Positions 51,946 through 64,000 of a stretch of DNA of 64,000 nucleotides are shown piece after piece. Made by a program: the position numbers and the translations under genes. Origin of the DNA: Octopus vulgaris (Eukaryota); contig OX597832.1 in assembly GCA_951406725.2 (NCBI GenBank), positions 53,630,001 through 53,694,000 on the forward strand. The letters run 5' to 3'. Under the pieces are notes generated by a model that saw only the letters and a program-made list of their open reading frames with translations, searched no databases and was not told where the DNA came from. How positions within the stretch are numbered: position 1 is the first letter of the stretch; each line of letters begins with the position of its first letter.

Positions 51946-53961
51946 AAAGAATAAAAGAATAGCAGAATAATTCCTTTTTGGAACAGTGAAACTTAAAACA
52001 GATAAAGCTATAAAAAATAACCTGTAAATATAGGGTTAAAGACTCTATGGATGGAAAAAGTTGAAGGTTGCTTGGTTCAATGGTAAAACATTTGTCATGT
52101 TTACAGAGGATGTAGGTTCAAATCCCATGGGCAGCCTTTTGACTTTTTTTTTAAAAATCCAGTAGGTTTGTTTTTTTTAACTCAATATTCACACACTATT
52201 ATTTCTAGCTTTATCTGCTTCGAGATTCAGTTCCCCAAGAAGTTATATTTACAAAAACTGAAGGCTGCCTGTGAGACTCAAATAAATTTACGCTCTTTTG
52301 AATGTTTATCTTGTTATCTTTTACTTGTTTCAGTCACCAGACTGTGACCATGCTGGAGTACCGCCTCATAGAAATTTTTAGTCGAACAAATCAACCCCAA
52401 TACTTATTCTCTCGGTCTCTTTTGCTGAACCACAAAGTTACAGGGACATAAACACATCAATGGAAGCACTCCGTCGGTTACGACGATGAGGGTTCCGGTT
52501 GATCCGAATCAACGGAACAGCCTGCTCGTGAAATTAACGTGTAAGTGGCTGAGCACTCCACAGACACGTGCACCCTTAACGTAGTTCTTGGGGATATTCA
52601 GCGTGACACAGAGAGTGAAATACAGGTACAACAGAAACAGGAAGTAAGAGTGAGAGAAAGTTGTGGTGAAAGAGTACAGCAGGGATCACCACCATCACCT
52701 GCCGGAGCCTCGTGGAGCTTTTAGGTGTTTTCACTCAATAAACACTCACAACGCCCGGTCTGGGAATCGAAACTGCGATCCTATGACCGCGAGTCCGCTG
52801 CCCTAACCACTGGGCCATTGCGCCTCCACAAACACATCAATACCACTTGTCAAGCAATGGTGAGGGGGGAAAAAAACACAAATACAGAGACACATGCACA
52901 CACACATACAGAGGGTGGGCCAAAAATAGGTATACACATTTTAAATTTATTTATTTATTTTGCTTGCTGTATGTATGTCACAATGTTCTGGAAAGTTTTG
53001 AGGAATGTTGCAATGTTGATGGAGGACATTTTGATCTTTTACAAGATTAAACTGTGTTGAATAAATGTAATTGTAACAAATAAGTGTAAATGTAATAAAA
53101 TGAAAAAAATTTGAAGTGTATACCTGCTTTTGGTCCACCCTATATACAATAGGCTTCTTTCAGTTTCCATCCACCAAATCCACTCACAACGCTTTGGTTG
53201 GCCCAAGGCTACAGTAGAAGATTGAAGGTGACGTGCAGCAGGACTGAATCAGGAACCATGTGGTTGGGAAGCAGGCTTCTTACCACATAACCAAGCCTAC
53301 AACTTCAATAACATACAATTCTTGCTGGCAAGAATAAAGTTTCTCAACTGGAAAAAGAAATTCAAAATACTGCTTTGGTCTAGTGGTAGAACGTCTGTCA
53401 TGACTGCAGGAGATGTAGGCTTGGGAATCATTTGATTTTTTTCTCTCTATAGGACTTTTTAATCCAATATTCACATGCTTTTATTTATAGCTTTATCTAC
53501 ATGTGAAGGTGCATGGTTCAATGGTTAGAGCGTTGGGCTCACAATCATGAGGTAGTGAGTTTGACTCCTGGGATGGGCTGTGTGTTGTGTTCTTGAGCAA
53601 GACACTTTATTTCATGTTGCTCCAGTTCACTCAGCTGTAGAAATGAGTTGCGACATCACTGGTGCCAAGCTGTATTGGCCTTTGTCTTTCCCTTGGAATA
53701 ACATTGGTGGCATGGAGAGGTGAGGCTGATATGCATGGGTGAAGACTGCTGGTCTTACATAAACAACCTTGTCTGGACTTGTGCCTTAGAGGGAAACTTC
53801 CTAGGTTCAATCCCATGATTATCCATCACTGAAAGAAGTTGTCACCCTGTCTACTTTGAGTCTTCCCCATTCCAAAAAATAATTATTTCACACTCTCTCA
53901 AAGTTTCTACACCCATATGGTGTCAACAATGTATAGCAGAATATTTTTCAATGGCACTTAC

Positions 53962-54133
53962 CTAATTTTCTGGAATTCTTCAAGCAAGCACTCAGATTTA
54001 ACCTTAACTGTGTGTTATTGGTTCCAAGGTAATAGCTAATAATGGGATTTCCTACCATAATACTTTGGTAGCAGATTACAAAAACCACAATTACAAGCAA
54101 CAGAATACTTGCTCTTTGTAGACGTGCTAACAT
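53962..54133 (-). CDS. bre-4: GT7 glycosyltransferase coding exon 1 (cytoplasmic tail, transmembrane anchor, short stem)
   Basis: MLARLQRASILLLVIVVFVICYQSIMVGNPIISYYLGTNNTQLRLNLSACLKNSRKL, donor G|gtaagt (phase 1). An acceptor ctttctgtcttttgtcag lies just upstream (exon starts 54147), implying a further 5' UTR exon. Confidence 0.85.
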
Positions 54134-55540
54134 CTTTCAACTTTTACCTGACAAAAGACAGAAAGGAGATAAAACTTGTCTGAGTATGGCATAACTATCA
54201 AAAAGTCGACTTTACATGGATACAAAATAGCAGATATATACATGCATGCAGAAAGACATGCAGACAAGTATTCATGGGACCATCGCCGTTGTTGATGTTG
54301 TCATCATTGTCATTGGCAGCAGTTGTGGTGGTGGGGTCATCATCATCATCATCATCATTATTTCAATGCCTACTTTTCCATGCTTGCATGGATCAGACAC
54401 AATTTGTTGAGGCAGATTTTCTACTTCTGGATGCCTTTCCTCTCACCAACCCTCATTTGTTTCCAAAAAGATAATAGTTACCCTATGGCCAGACATATTT
54501 CCATGGAAAACTAGAAATGAATTACATTGCTTTTTTTACAGGGACATTTGTTTTACAATTATCACATGGTGTAAAAACAAGGACACACATAAACACACAC
54601 ACACACACACACACACAATGGGCGTCTTACAGTTTCTGTCCACTTATTCCAATCACAAGGCTTTGGTTGGCTCAGGACAAGGGGCCATGTACTCGGATTG
54701 GACCCAAAACCACATGGTTGGGGAGCAAACTTTTAACAAGACAAATGATTAGAGATATGCTGTGCTTCAGAACCCACCCTTCTCTGCAAAAACAATGTCC
54801 TATCAAGCTTCCTCCCACAACTTATCTTCTAACACCTATCCCTCCATCACTCTTTTAGCTACAGCACTAATTAGTATTCTGTTAGTTATGACGATGAGGG
54901 TCCCAGCTGATCCAATCAATGGAACAGCCTGCTCATGAAATTAATGTGCAAGTGGCTGAGCACTCCACAGACACAGGTACCCTTAATGTAGTTCTCAGAG
55001 AGATTCGGCTTAACATAGAATGTGACAAGTCTGGCCCTTTGAAATACAGGTGCAAATCCCGTTTGTCAGCTGAGTGAACTGGAGCAGTGTGAAATAAAGT
55101 GACTTGCCCAAGAGCACACTGTACCTCCAGGAATTGAACTCACAACCTTACAGTCATGAGCTGAACACACCCAGGTGCTGTGAATGATAACATTTATCCC
55201 CCTACACTTTTCATTGTCTCCCTATTACTATCCCTTATTACCACCTTCGCGACCTTAACCCACTCCTAGTTCCTTCACTCACTCCGAAACTGATATTCAA
55301 TATTAATTTCTTTATTGCCCATAGGGGGCTAAACATAGGACAGACAAAGTGATTAAGTCGATTACATCGACCCCAGGCCATAACCGGTACTTATTTAATC
55401 GGTCCCAAAAGGATGAAAGGCAAAGTTGACCTTGATGGAATTTGAACTCAGAACATAACAGCAGACGAAATACTGCTAAGCATTTCACCCGGCGTGCTAA
55501 TGATTCTGCCAGCTCACTGCCTGATATTCAATACTTCCTC

Positions 55541-55915
55541 CACACTGTGTGCCCCATACACTGTGTGCCCCATACACTGTGTGCCCCATACACTGTGTGC
55601 CCCATACACTGTGTGCCCCATACACTGTATGCTCCATACAGTGTGCCCCATACACTGTATGCTCCATACACTGTGTGCCCCATACACTGTGTGCCCCATA
55701 CACTGTATGCTCCATACACTGTGTGCCCCATACACTGTGTGCCCCATACACTGTGTGCCCCATACACTGTGTGCCCCATACACTGTGTGCCCCATACACT
55801 GTATGCCCCATACACTATGTGCCCCATACACTGTATGCCCCATACACTGTATGCTCCATACACTGTGTTCCCCATACACTGTGTGCCCCATACACTGTGT
55901 GCCCCATACACTGTG
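55541..55915. repeat. 16-bp minisatellite (tacactgtgtgcccca) x about 23
   Basis: Directly visible tandem unit with variant tacactgtatgctcca. Confidence 0.95.
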
Positions 55916-56135
55916 CTCACCTCAGTCCCCATCTGCTATTCTCCCTTCACACTCTCTTTCTGTTCCTCTCTCCCTATCCTTTCGCTTATATCCCCCTTTG
56001 TAGCTAGAAGGTATACCTTCAGACATGAAATGATGAAGATTTTTTGTATGTATGTAGGTGGGTAGGTAAGTGTGTGTGTGTATGATAAAACTTACTTCGA
56101 AGAGGATGCATGGTGTTCAATCATATAATAATATA

Positions 56136-56167
<32 letters not shown>

Positions 56168-56171
<4 letters not shown>

Positions 56172-56815
56172 TATTAGAGAGTTATCCACTATGTGGATGA
56201 CTCTAGTGCTAAAAATAGCTCCGAAGCAACCACAGAAGATCCGTTTCCAACTAGAATCAACACACATTTAACTGAAGGAAAGTGAAATACAACGAATAAA
56301 ATAGATTGACTCTATACAATTGTTTCATTACTAATGCAATATGTAGTTTTACTTACACTTGCATCCATAAATCTTCGGTAGAGTTTGTCAGAAATGCAAT
56401 TAATTAGATCGATTTGGGCGTCAAAAACACGAGCGGTCCAACCAATTACATTTTTATGACGCCCGAATCGATCTAATTAATTGCATTTCTGACAAACTCT
56501 ACCGAAGATTTATGGATGCAAGTGTAAGTAAAACTACATATTGCATTAGTAATGAAACAATTGTATAGAGTCAATCTATTTTATTCGTTGTATTTCACTT
56601 TCCTTCAGTTAAATGTGTGTTGATTCTAGTTGGAAACGGATCTTCTGTGGTTGCTTCGGAGCTATTTTTAGCACTAGAGTTATCCACATAGTGGATAACT
56701 CTCTAATAATTTATGTATAAATTTGTATTTTCTCCGTAGTTTTTTGTGCTAAGCCACTTGGTGTTAAATTGACGGTATTATTAAATTAATATCGATTTTT
56801 CACCCTCATTTATAA
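56168..56815. mobile_element. Penelope-like foldback element: 256-bp inverted arms (56168-56423 / 56457-56712) with a hammerhead motif in each arm
   Basis: About 2 mismatches between arms. Plus-arm motif 56496-56571 actcta-CCGAAGA-...tgcaa...ttgca...-GAAAC-aatt-GTA-tagagt; mirror at 56309-56384. Flanked by (TA)n. Confidence 0.75.
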
Positions 56816-57013
56816 TTATATATATATATATAATTATATATTATATTATAGTTATCGTCATACTAATATGGCATTCTTATAAAAATAAGAAAAAAGCTGT
56901 CCGCTTATTAGCTCCATGAGGCCATCGCCTTAAGTTAGCTATTTGATACACAAACTGTATCCATATAACCTTCGAACAAGGGAGGTCAGTCGCTCCACAC
57001 TACTTGACCGGCA

Positions 57014-57055
57014 GCTACAGACGCGTTTCGGGGTATTGCCCCTTTTCAATGCAGC
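57014..57055 (-). ncRNA. Minimal type I hammerhead ribozyme motif, U3-A8 core (copy 1)
   Basis: Minus strand: gctgca-TTGAAAA-gggg(caata)cccc-GAAAC-gc-GTC-tgtagc; all three stems paired; palindromic ACGCGT stem III. Confidence 0.8.
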
Positions 57056-57372
57056 GTAGCCAGCCTATAGGTGTCGCTTCCGACAATCTCTGTTCGATGG
57101 TTTTATTTACCTAGTTTCGGTGGAATACATCCAATGTTTTCAATAATAGAAATATTAAAATAACTAAGTCTCTCTAAAAGAGAACAGCGGCAGCGTTCCG
57201 GAAAATAATAGTTATCGCCATACTAATATGGCATTCTTATAAAAATAAGAAAAAAGCTGTCCGCTTATTAGGTCCATGAGGCCATCGCCTTAAGTTAGCT
57301 ATTTGATACACAAACTGTATCCATATAACCTTCGAACAAGGGGGTCAGTCGCTCCACACTACTTGACCGGCA

Positions 57373-57414
57373 GCTACAGACGCGTTTCGGGGTATTGCCC
57401 CTTTTCAATGCAGC
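57373..57414 (-). ncRNA. Minimal type I hammerhead ribozyme motif, U3-A8 core (copy 2)
   Basis: Identical to copy 1, 359 nt away in direct orientation. Confidence 0.8.
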
Positions 57415-57667
57415 GTAGCCAGCCTATAGGTGTCGCTTCCGACAATCTCTGTTCGATGGTTTTATTTACCTAGTTTCTTATTTTTATAAGAATGCCATAT
57501 TAGTATGGCGATAACTATTATTTTCCGGAACGCTGCCGCTGTTCTCTTTTAGAGAGACTTAGTTATTTTAATATTTCTATTATATATTATATATTATATA
57601 TATATACATATATATATATATATAATTATATATTATATATTATATATATATATATATAATTATATAT

Positions 57668-57708
<41 letters not shown>

Positions 57709-58129
57709 TATATATATATATAATTATATATTATATATATTATATATATATATATATATTATATATATATATCATCATCATCATCATCATCGTTTAACGT
57801 CCGCTTTCCATGCTAGCATGGGTTGGACGATTTGACTGAGGACTGGCGAACCAGATGGCTGCACCAGGCTCCAATCTTGATCTCGCAGAGTTTCTACAGC
57901 TGGATGTTCATCCTAACGCCAACCACTCTGAGAGTGTATTTACATTAAAAAGGTGTAGTTTTATTTTGATTAAAATACCAGCAATGTCAGAGCAAAACTT
58001 TTTACTACAGTTCACCTGCATTTAGTCACGCACTCTCACTCCTTTTTGCTGCTTTAGTCTTCTACTAGCGACACAAAGAGCACATGCATTATGTTTTATT
58101 AATTGTAAGATAATCTTATAGAAGATATT

Positions 58130-59062
58130 ACTTTCATAGAAAGAATTATGATACAGATACAATTACTCACTTGTATGAATATGTTACATGTGTAATCAAT
58201 TGTCTTTTTGGGGAATGATTTGTCACAGATATCACAGAGATATGGCTTCTCCCATGCAAAAATGTACTTTTGTATAGTTAAGTTATCATTTTGAAAGAAT
58301 GAAGTATTATAGATTTCTTTCCTGCATGAATGGATTTGTGTTTATTTAGCTGATTATTTGGAGATAATGATTTCCCACAAATGTTACAATGATATGGCTC
58401 CTCTCTTGCATGTATGCTTTTCTGTGTATTTAAGCTACCTTCCAGAGAGAATGATTTATTACAGACCTGACAGTGATAGGGTTTCTCTCCTGTGTGAATA
58501 CGTTTGTGTTTACATAAGTTACATCTTTCAGAAAATGATTTACCACAAATATCACAGTGATATGGTTTGTCTCCAGTATGAATACATTTGTGTGTATAGG
58601 CGCAGGAGTGGCTATGTGGTAAGTAGCTTGCTTACCAACCACATGGTTCCGGGTTCAGTCCCACTGTGTGGCACCTTGGGAAAGTGTCTTCTACTATAGC
58701 CTCGGGCCGACCAAAGCCTTGTGAGTGGATTTGGTAGAAGCCCGTCGTATATATGTATATATATATATGTGTGTGTGTTTGTCCCCCTAGCATTGCTTGA
58801 CAACCGATGCTGGTGTGTTTACGTTCCCGTCACTTAGCAGTTTGGCAAAGAGACCGATAGAATAAGTACTGGGCTTACAAAGAATAAGTCCCAGGGTCGA
58901 TTTGCTCAACTAAAGGCGGTGCTCCAGCATGGCCGCAGTCAAATGACTGAAACAAGTAAAAGAGTAAAGAGTTAAATGATCATTTCAAGAGAATGATTTA
59001 CCACAGATGTCACAGTTACACGGCTTCTCTCTTGTATGAATACATTTGTGTTTAGCTAAGTG
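58130..59062 (-). pseudogene. Decayed C2H2 zinc-finger array interrupted by a SINE (58599-58970)
   Basis: [25 protein letters not shown] | [90 protein letters not shown], then frameshifted fingers. Confidence 0.8.
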
Positions 59063-59122
59063 TATGTATGTATGTATGTATACTAAGTGCATTTTTAGGG
59101 GAAACAGTTATGACTCCTAAAT

Positions 59123-59513
59123 CGGTGGTTCCCAGCCTGTGGTCCACGGACCCCTGGTGGTCCACAAAAGTAATACTTGGGATCCGTGAACATGTTAACC
59201 CTTTTGTTACCAACCCGGCTGAAACCGGCTCTGGCTCTGTAGTACAAATGTCTTGTTTACATAATTTTTGAATTAAAATCTTCCCCTAAACCTTAGTCAC
59301 AATTTATTTTCCTAACACTAGCTTTAATGGTAGCTAAGTTATTTTACTAAATTCTTTGCTATATTTAAAGTAATTGAAAGAAACACAGAGCATCTCAAAA
59401 TAAATACAGTGACGAAAGGGTTAAGCTGACAGGCCTTTCAATATCCTGGGGCCCATGGGAAAACTCATTTAAGTGAAAGGTGTTCTTGGTAGTCAAAAGG
59501 TTGGGAATCACTG
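59123..59513. mobile_element. hAT MITE with nested piggyBac-type MITE (59199-59420)
   Basis: cggtggttcccagcct ... aggttgggaatcactg with imperfect 8-bp TSD (tcctaaat/tccttgat); inner TTAA|cccttttgttac ... gtgacgaaaggg|TTAA. Confidence 0.75.
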
Positions 59514-59704
59514 TCCTTGATCATAGTCATATCATTTACTATACAACTAATAATCTGACCTGCCAACGTTTATAATTGCAGACTGAATTAGATGGCTGTA
59601 TCAGTGCTTTTGAACATACCCTACTAAACACTGCTTGTAACAGTTGACAAGTCTGCAGAATGCAACTGGAATGTGAAGACAATTTGGAAGCAATAAAATT
59701 TTTT

Positions 59705-60138
59705 CGGTCTTTTTGGTTTGAACGGCAGTTTTTAACCTAATTTCTAGGTAACTAAACACTTTTAAACTTCGTATACTGGTAGAATGTGTTTATAAAACAT
59801 CTTTTTCTCTTGGCTTTATTGAGAAAATTCTATAGTTTGTAAGATATCTGTTGCTTTTTTTTTTCTTCAATTTCTGCAATTTCAACCAATCAATGACGTC
59901 TATTGAGGTAAAAAAAAAACATTCTGTGCCGTATGAATATGTCCCTCGTTTAAGAAACAGACTGGGTTTATTTACATTTGTGAAGAAAAAAAGACACCCT
60001 TCTCCCCACCTCTAACCCTAACTAACCCCAACCCTAAAACAGATTGAAATGCAATAGATTGATACTAGGGTCATAATTATGGGTGACAATTTCATATGAC
60101 ACCGCAAGAAAAAATTGCCGTTCAAACCGAAAAGATCC
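59705..60138. mobile_element. Unclassified TIR MITE with internal (CCCTAA)-like repeats
   Basis: tctttttggtttgaacggcagttt ... aaattgccgttcaaaccgaaaaga. Confidence 0.6.
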
Positions 60139-60149
60139 AGTTTTTTTCT

Positions 60150-60850
60150 AAACTGAACAAAAATGCAACAGAAATTTATGAAATGTTCCAGACTGCTTAT
60201 GGATAAACTTGTATGTACTGAGCCTCTATTTCTTACTGGCACAGGAGATTCAATGATGGTAGAGTGGCAGTGAGAGATGACGCGGAGTGAGGGAGGGAGA
60301 ATGGTATTAGAACATCAGACCTGGTTCAGAAAATTCTCAGTTTTCTGGATGGAGTTGGTGTGGGGAAATGTACACAAAATTATTCACGAAGATTTGAACA
60401 CATGCAAAATTTGTGTAAAGTTTGTTTCCAGGGTGCTTGGTGATGAACGGAAGGAAAGATGCATTGGTGACAGTGTCGGAAGATGGTTAAGTTCATTACC
60501 TTGAATCCAAGAGTACTTGAGTCTCTGATGACATGTGACAAAAGCTGGATCTACTGTTATGAGACAGAGATCAAAAGACAGAGCGTTCAATGGAAGCATC
60601 TTGGCTCCCCCAGACCCAAGAAGGCCAAGCAAAACAAGTCCACCAAGAAGCTCACGAAGATTCCCTTTTTCAACAGCAAGAGCATCATCTACATCCACTG
60701 GTCCCCTCTGGCCAGTCGGTCAACAGAAAGTACTTTGTGGAGGTTTTGAAGGAGTCCAGGAAGATATTTCATTGCAAAAGGCCAGAGCACCTCCACCAAG
60801 CCACAGTTCCATTCTGGTAACCAACTACTTGACAGAGGTGGACATGATAA
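60150..60850 (+). mobile_element. Decayed mariner transposase fragment
   Basis: HKIIHEDLNTCKICVKFVSRVL and TCDKSWIYCYETEIKRQSVQWKHLGSPRPKKAKQ. Confidence 0.75.
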
Positions 60851-62099
60851 CTACCGTAAATCCTCGAGTATAATCCGCATTTTTCCCCCAAAATTTAAAG
60901 GTCAAAATTCCTAGTAATACCATTAGAGCACACTCAAACTTCTTCCGCAATATGAAGAGAGAAGCAGAGAACATCCAGACTTCTCTAGCAACACAGAGTA
61001 CATCCAAATCCCTCTGGCTATACAAATAGAGTACACCCAAACTCCTCAGACAATACAGAGTACATCCAAATGTAAATAGAGTGCATCCAAGCTCTGTCGT
61101 ACTTTACATCGTTAATAGTTGTGATAAGCTCAATTTAAACTCACAGCATAGAGAGAAGTTACTGTGTTAGTGAAGAAAAATAAATGGTACGAAATCAAAT
61201 AACTTGGATGAATACTGAATCAAGCCTTGCTTATTGACTGAACTAATAAATGACATCCATTACTCTTTTACTCTTTTACTTGTTTCAGTCATTTGACTGC
61301 GGCCATGCTGGAGCACCGCCTTTAATCGAGCAACTCGACCCCGGGACTTATTCTTTTGTAAGCCCAGTACTTATTCTATCGGTCTCTTTTGCCGAACCGC
61401 TAAGTTACGGAGGATATAAACACACCAGCATCGGTTGTCAAGCAATGCTAGGGGAACAAACACAGACACACAAACACACACACGCATATATATATACATA
61501 TATACGACGGGCTTCTTTCAGTTTCTGTGTACCAAATCCACTCACAGGGCTTTGTTCGGCCCGAGGCTATAGTAGAAGACACTTGCCCAAGGTGCCACGC
61601 AGTGGGACTAAACCCAGAACCATGTGGTTGGTTAGCAAGCTACTTACCACACTGCCACTCCTGCGCCTTAGTTTATTGTCTCTAAATATGTTTCTAACCG
61701 ATATTTGAACTATGTTCAGAACATAAAAACCCTTCTGCGTGCATCGGTATACATACACGGAAACAGTCACAAAGAAATCGATAATGAGATAATGATAATA
61801 ATAGTTTCAAGTTTGGCCCAATGCCAGCAATTTCGAGAAAGCATGTAAGTCAGTTGCATCGACTGGTACTTATTTTATCGACCTCGATGGGATGAAAGGC
61901 AAAGTCGACTTCGGCGGCATTTGAACTCAGAACGTAAAGTTGGAAGAAATGCTGTCAAGCATTCTGCCATTTCGCCAAATTTTGACTCTGCATTAAATCC
62001 AGGGAACTTGTTTTCATCGACTCCGAAGGAATAAAAGGCAAAATCGACCTCGGCGACATCGGAACCGAGGTCGACATGGCCTTTCATATCTTACTATGT

Positions 62100-63350
62100 G
62101 ATATAAATAATAAAGAAATAAAGTTTTTGAGGAATAGCATTTACGTCGTGGTTTCTTGACTGCGACAGCCTGAAAGTCCCGTCTCTTATAACCCAGGTAC
62201 CAAGAAACAAGTATTCGGAATGTTTATAACATTTCTAGTCCAAAGAACAACAACGATTGTTCCACAGAAAAGAAAATTGATGTTTATTATAAATAAAACT
62301 TTAGTAAACAAAGTTTATTTGACGTATGAAAAGAAGAAGAAAAAAACCATTATTAAAAATGCCGATTCGTGGGAATAAAAAACGAGAAGTAGAAATAAGT
62401 TTCTCAAGAGAATATGAGAAATTTAGAAAGAATTAACGAGTCATCAAATAGTAATTAGTCGTAGACAATTAACAAGAAATAGAGTAAAATGTAAATATGT
62501 GTAAAATGTAAATAAACGCATTAATTATGTAGTACTTTAAATAATACCCAATACAAATTATCGCGAATGAATCGATATTTATAGTTTACATAGAAATTCC
62601 TCGATATTTCTAATAATGATTGATATTTAACAATTCTCGTACAAGAAAGAATAATTAAAAACCAGACTTACATCTTACCGTACTGGGATGGCATTTATCT
62701 CGGATTCTGTTTTTAATTATTAATTTAACTGTTCGAATTAATTCCAAAGGATTTATTATTTCACGTCCACACGCAAAACTGTTGCGCCCCGACATCTCTA
62801 AACGTCACAAGAATCCTCTATAAGTTCCAGCATTTAATGGGATACAGTAAAGGAACCAAGCTGAAGAATGTGTCCTCTTTTCATGTACATATTTTGTATG
62901 TCTATATGTATTTATATATTAATTGATATGTGTATCCCTATATATATTTTCCCACTCGCTGTTTACCGAGAGAATAATTTTGTTGAATGATTAAAACTTT
63001 CGGAATTCCGTTCGAAAATTCCATTAAAGTATACTTTTAGAAACGCTTTCGAGCAAAAATCCTATGATATTCCAACTTTTTGCTTGTTTTCAGTTTTAAA
63101 TGAGAGCTTAACCTTGTTAACTAATACCTTGGTTCGTTGTGTTCTTTCTTTGAGAAAGCAGAACGAAGCAGTCAGCAGCATCGTTGATTGCAGAGAGGAA
63201 GCAGTATGGGATGCTGAAATAGTAAAAGATAACATCCTTACTGTCCCACAACGCTGGAAGAAAAAAAAAACTACATCGTTAAGCAAATTCTTCTGTACCT
63301 TAAAACGAAATAGGAAACTATACGACATAAAACTATAAATTTAGTTTGCG
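62100..63350 (-). promoter_or_regulatory. Candidate promoter / first non-coding exon region of the GT7 gene
   Basis: Repeat-free stretch visibly richer in CpG than the gene body. Minus-strand donor-like sites ACG|gtaaga (exon end 62679) and AGAT|gtaagt (62672). Coding exon 1 has an acceptor that needs an upstream exon. Confidence 0.4.
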
Positions 63351-63486
63351 GGTCCAATTGCTTCTAAAATTAGACCCCCACCTTTAAAAATGGTCTGCAT
63401 AAGCATACATTAAATCTATGACACGTCATTCCTAAATGGTTACAGTCTCAGAATTAAACCTTTTTCACTATACATATGTGTATATA

Positions 63487-63517
<31 letters not shown>

Positions 63518-64000
63518 TGTGTGTATGTATGTATGTATGTATGTATGTATGTATGTATGTATGTATGTGTGCGTGTATATGCATGTGTGTGTGTGTATAT
63601 ATATAGAATGTTATGAAAAAAGAAAACATACAATAATCTTTTTTTTTACTCTTTTACTCTATTATATGTTTCAGTCATTTGACTGCGGCCATGCTGGAGC
63701 AACCCATTTTAGTAGAACAAATCGACCCCAGGACTTATTCTTTGTAAGTCTAGTACTTATTCTATTAGTCTCTTTTACCGAACTGCTAAGTTACGGGGAC
63801 GTAAACATACCTGCATCGGTTGTCAAGCGATGTGGGGGGGGACAAACACAGACACACACACACACACACATGACAGGCTTCTTTCATTTTCTGTCTACCA
63901 AATCCACTCACAAGGCTTTGGTCGGCCTGAGGCTATAGTAGAAGACATTTGCCCAAGGTGCCACCCAAAAAATTAAGTTAGCCACATTTTTGATATTTTC

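Larger units (their letters stand above)
56848..57582 (-). mobile_element. Penelope-like/retrozyme-like element: about 360-nt partial tandem plus terminal inverted segment
   Basis: 56848-57117 repeats at 57208-57476; 57477-57582 is the reverse complement of about 57144-57249; bounded by (TA)n. Confidence 0.75.

Noticed and set aside
55442-56065. Cys/His/Pro-rich ORFs in six frames (metallothionein- or keratin-like)
   Set aside because: They are translations of a stop-free 16-bp minisatellite; no splice or codon evidence.
60010-60037. Telomeric (CCCTAA)n array
   Set aside because: Only a few imperfect units inside a TIR-bounded MITE.

Overview
AT-rich, microsatellite- and SINE-dense animal genomic DNA. 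The SINE families, (TA)n tracts and [16 protein letters not shown]-type zinc fingers suggest a coleoid cephalopod, probably Octopus (inference). Two convergent spliced genes can be rebuilt by hand with GT-AG sites and consistent phases. (1) The last three coding exons of a cytochrome b5 reductase 4 (CYB5R4/NCB5OR)-like gene lie on + (2721-2807, 7270-7440, 8000-8054). (2) A complete 6-coding-exon, 393-aa GT7-family beta-1,4-glycosyltransferase lies on - (54133 to 14948). It has Leu at the bovine B4GalT1 Tyr289 position, which predicts a bre-4-like GalNAc transferase, and an unusual C-terminal tail with eight N-X-T sequons. The rest is transposon debris: Tc1/mariner, hAT and piggyBac MITEs, Helitrons, RTE, CR1, Tx1 and Dong/R4 LINE fragments, tRNA-derived SINEs and a decayed C2H2 zinc-finger array. 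The most striking non-coding signal is about a dozen loci carrying minimal type I hammerhead ribozyme motifs, mostly in palindromic or partially tandem Penelope-like elements next to (TA)n tracts. Their cores show C3-G8, U3-A8 and G3-C8 covariation plus a recurrent U4C variant. One is an intact tandem pair 359 nt apart (57014-57414) that could act as a dimeric ribozyme and release a retrozyme-like circular RNA. All calls were made by eye; transposon boundaries are approximate unless TIR/TSD coordinates are given.
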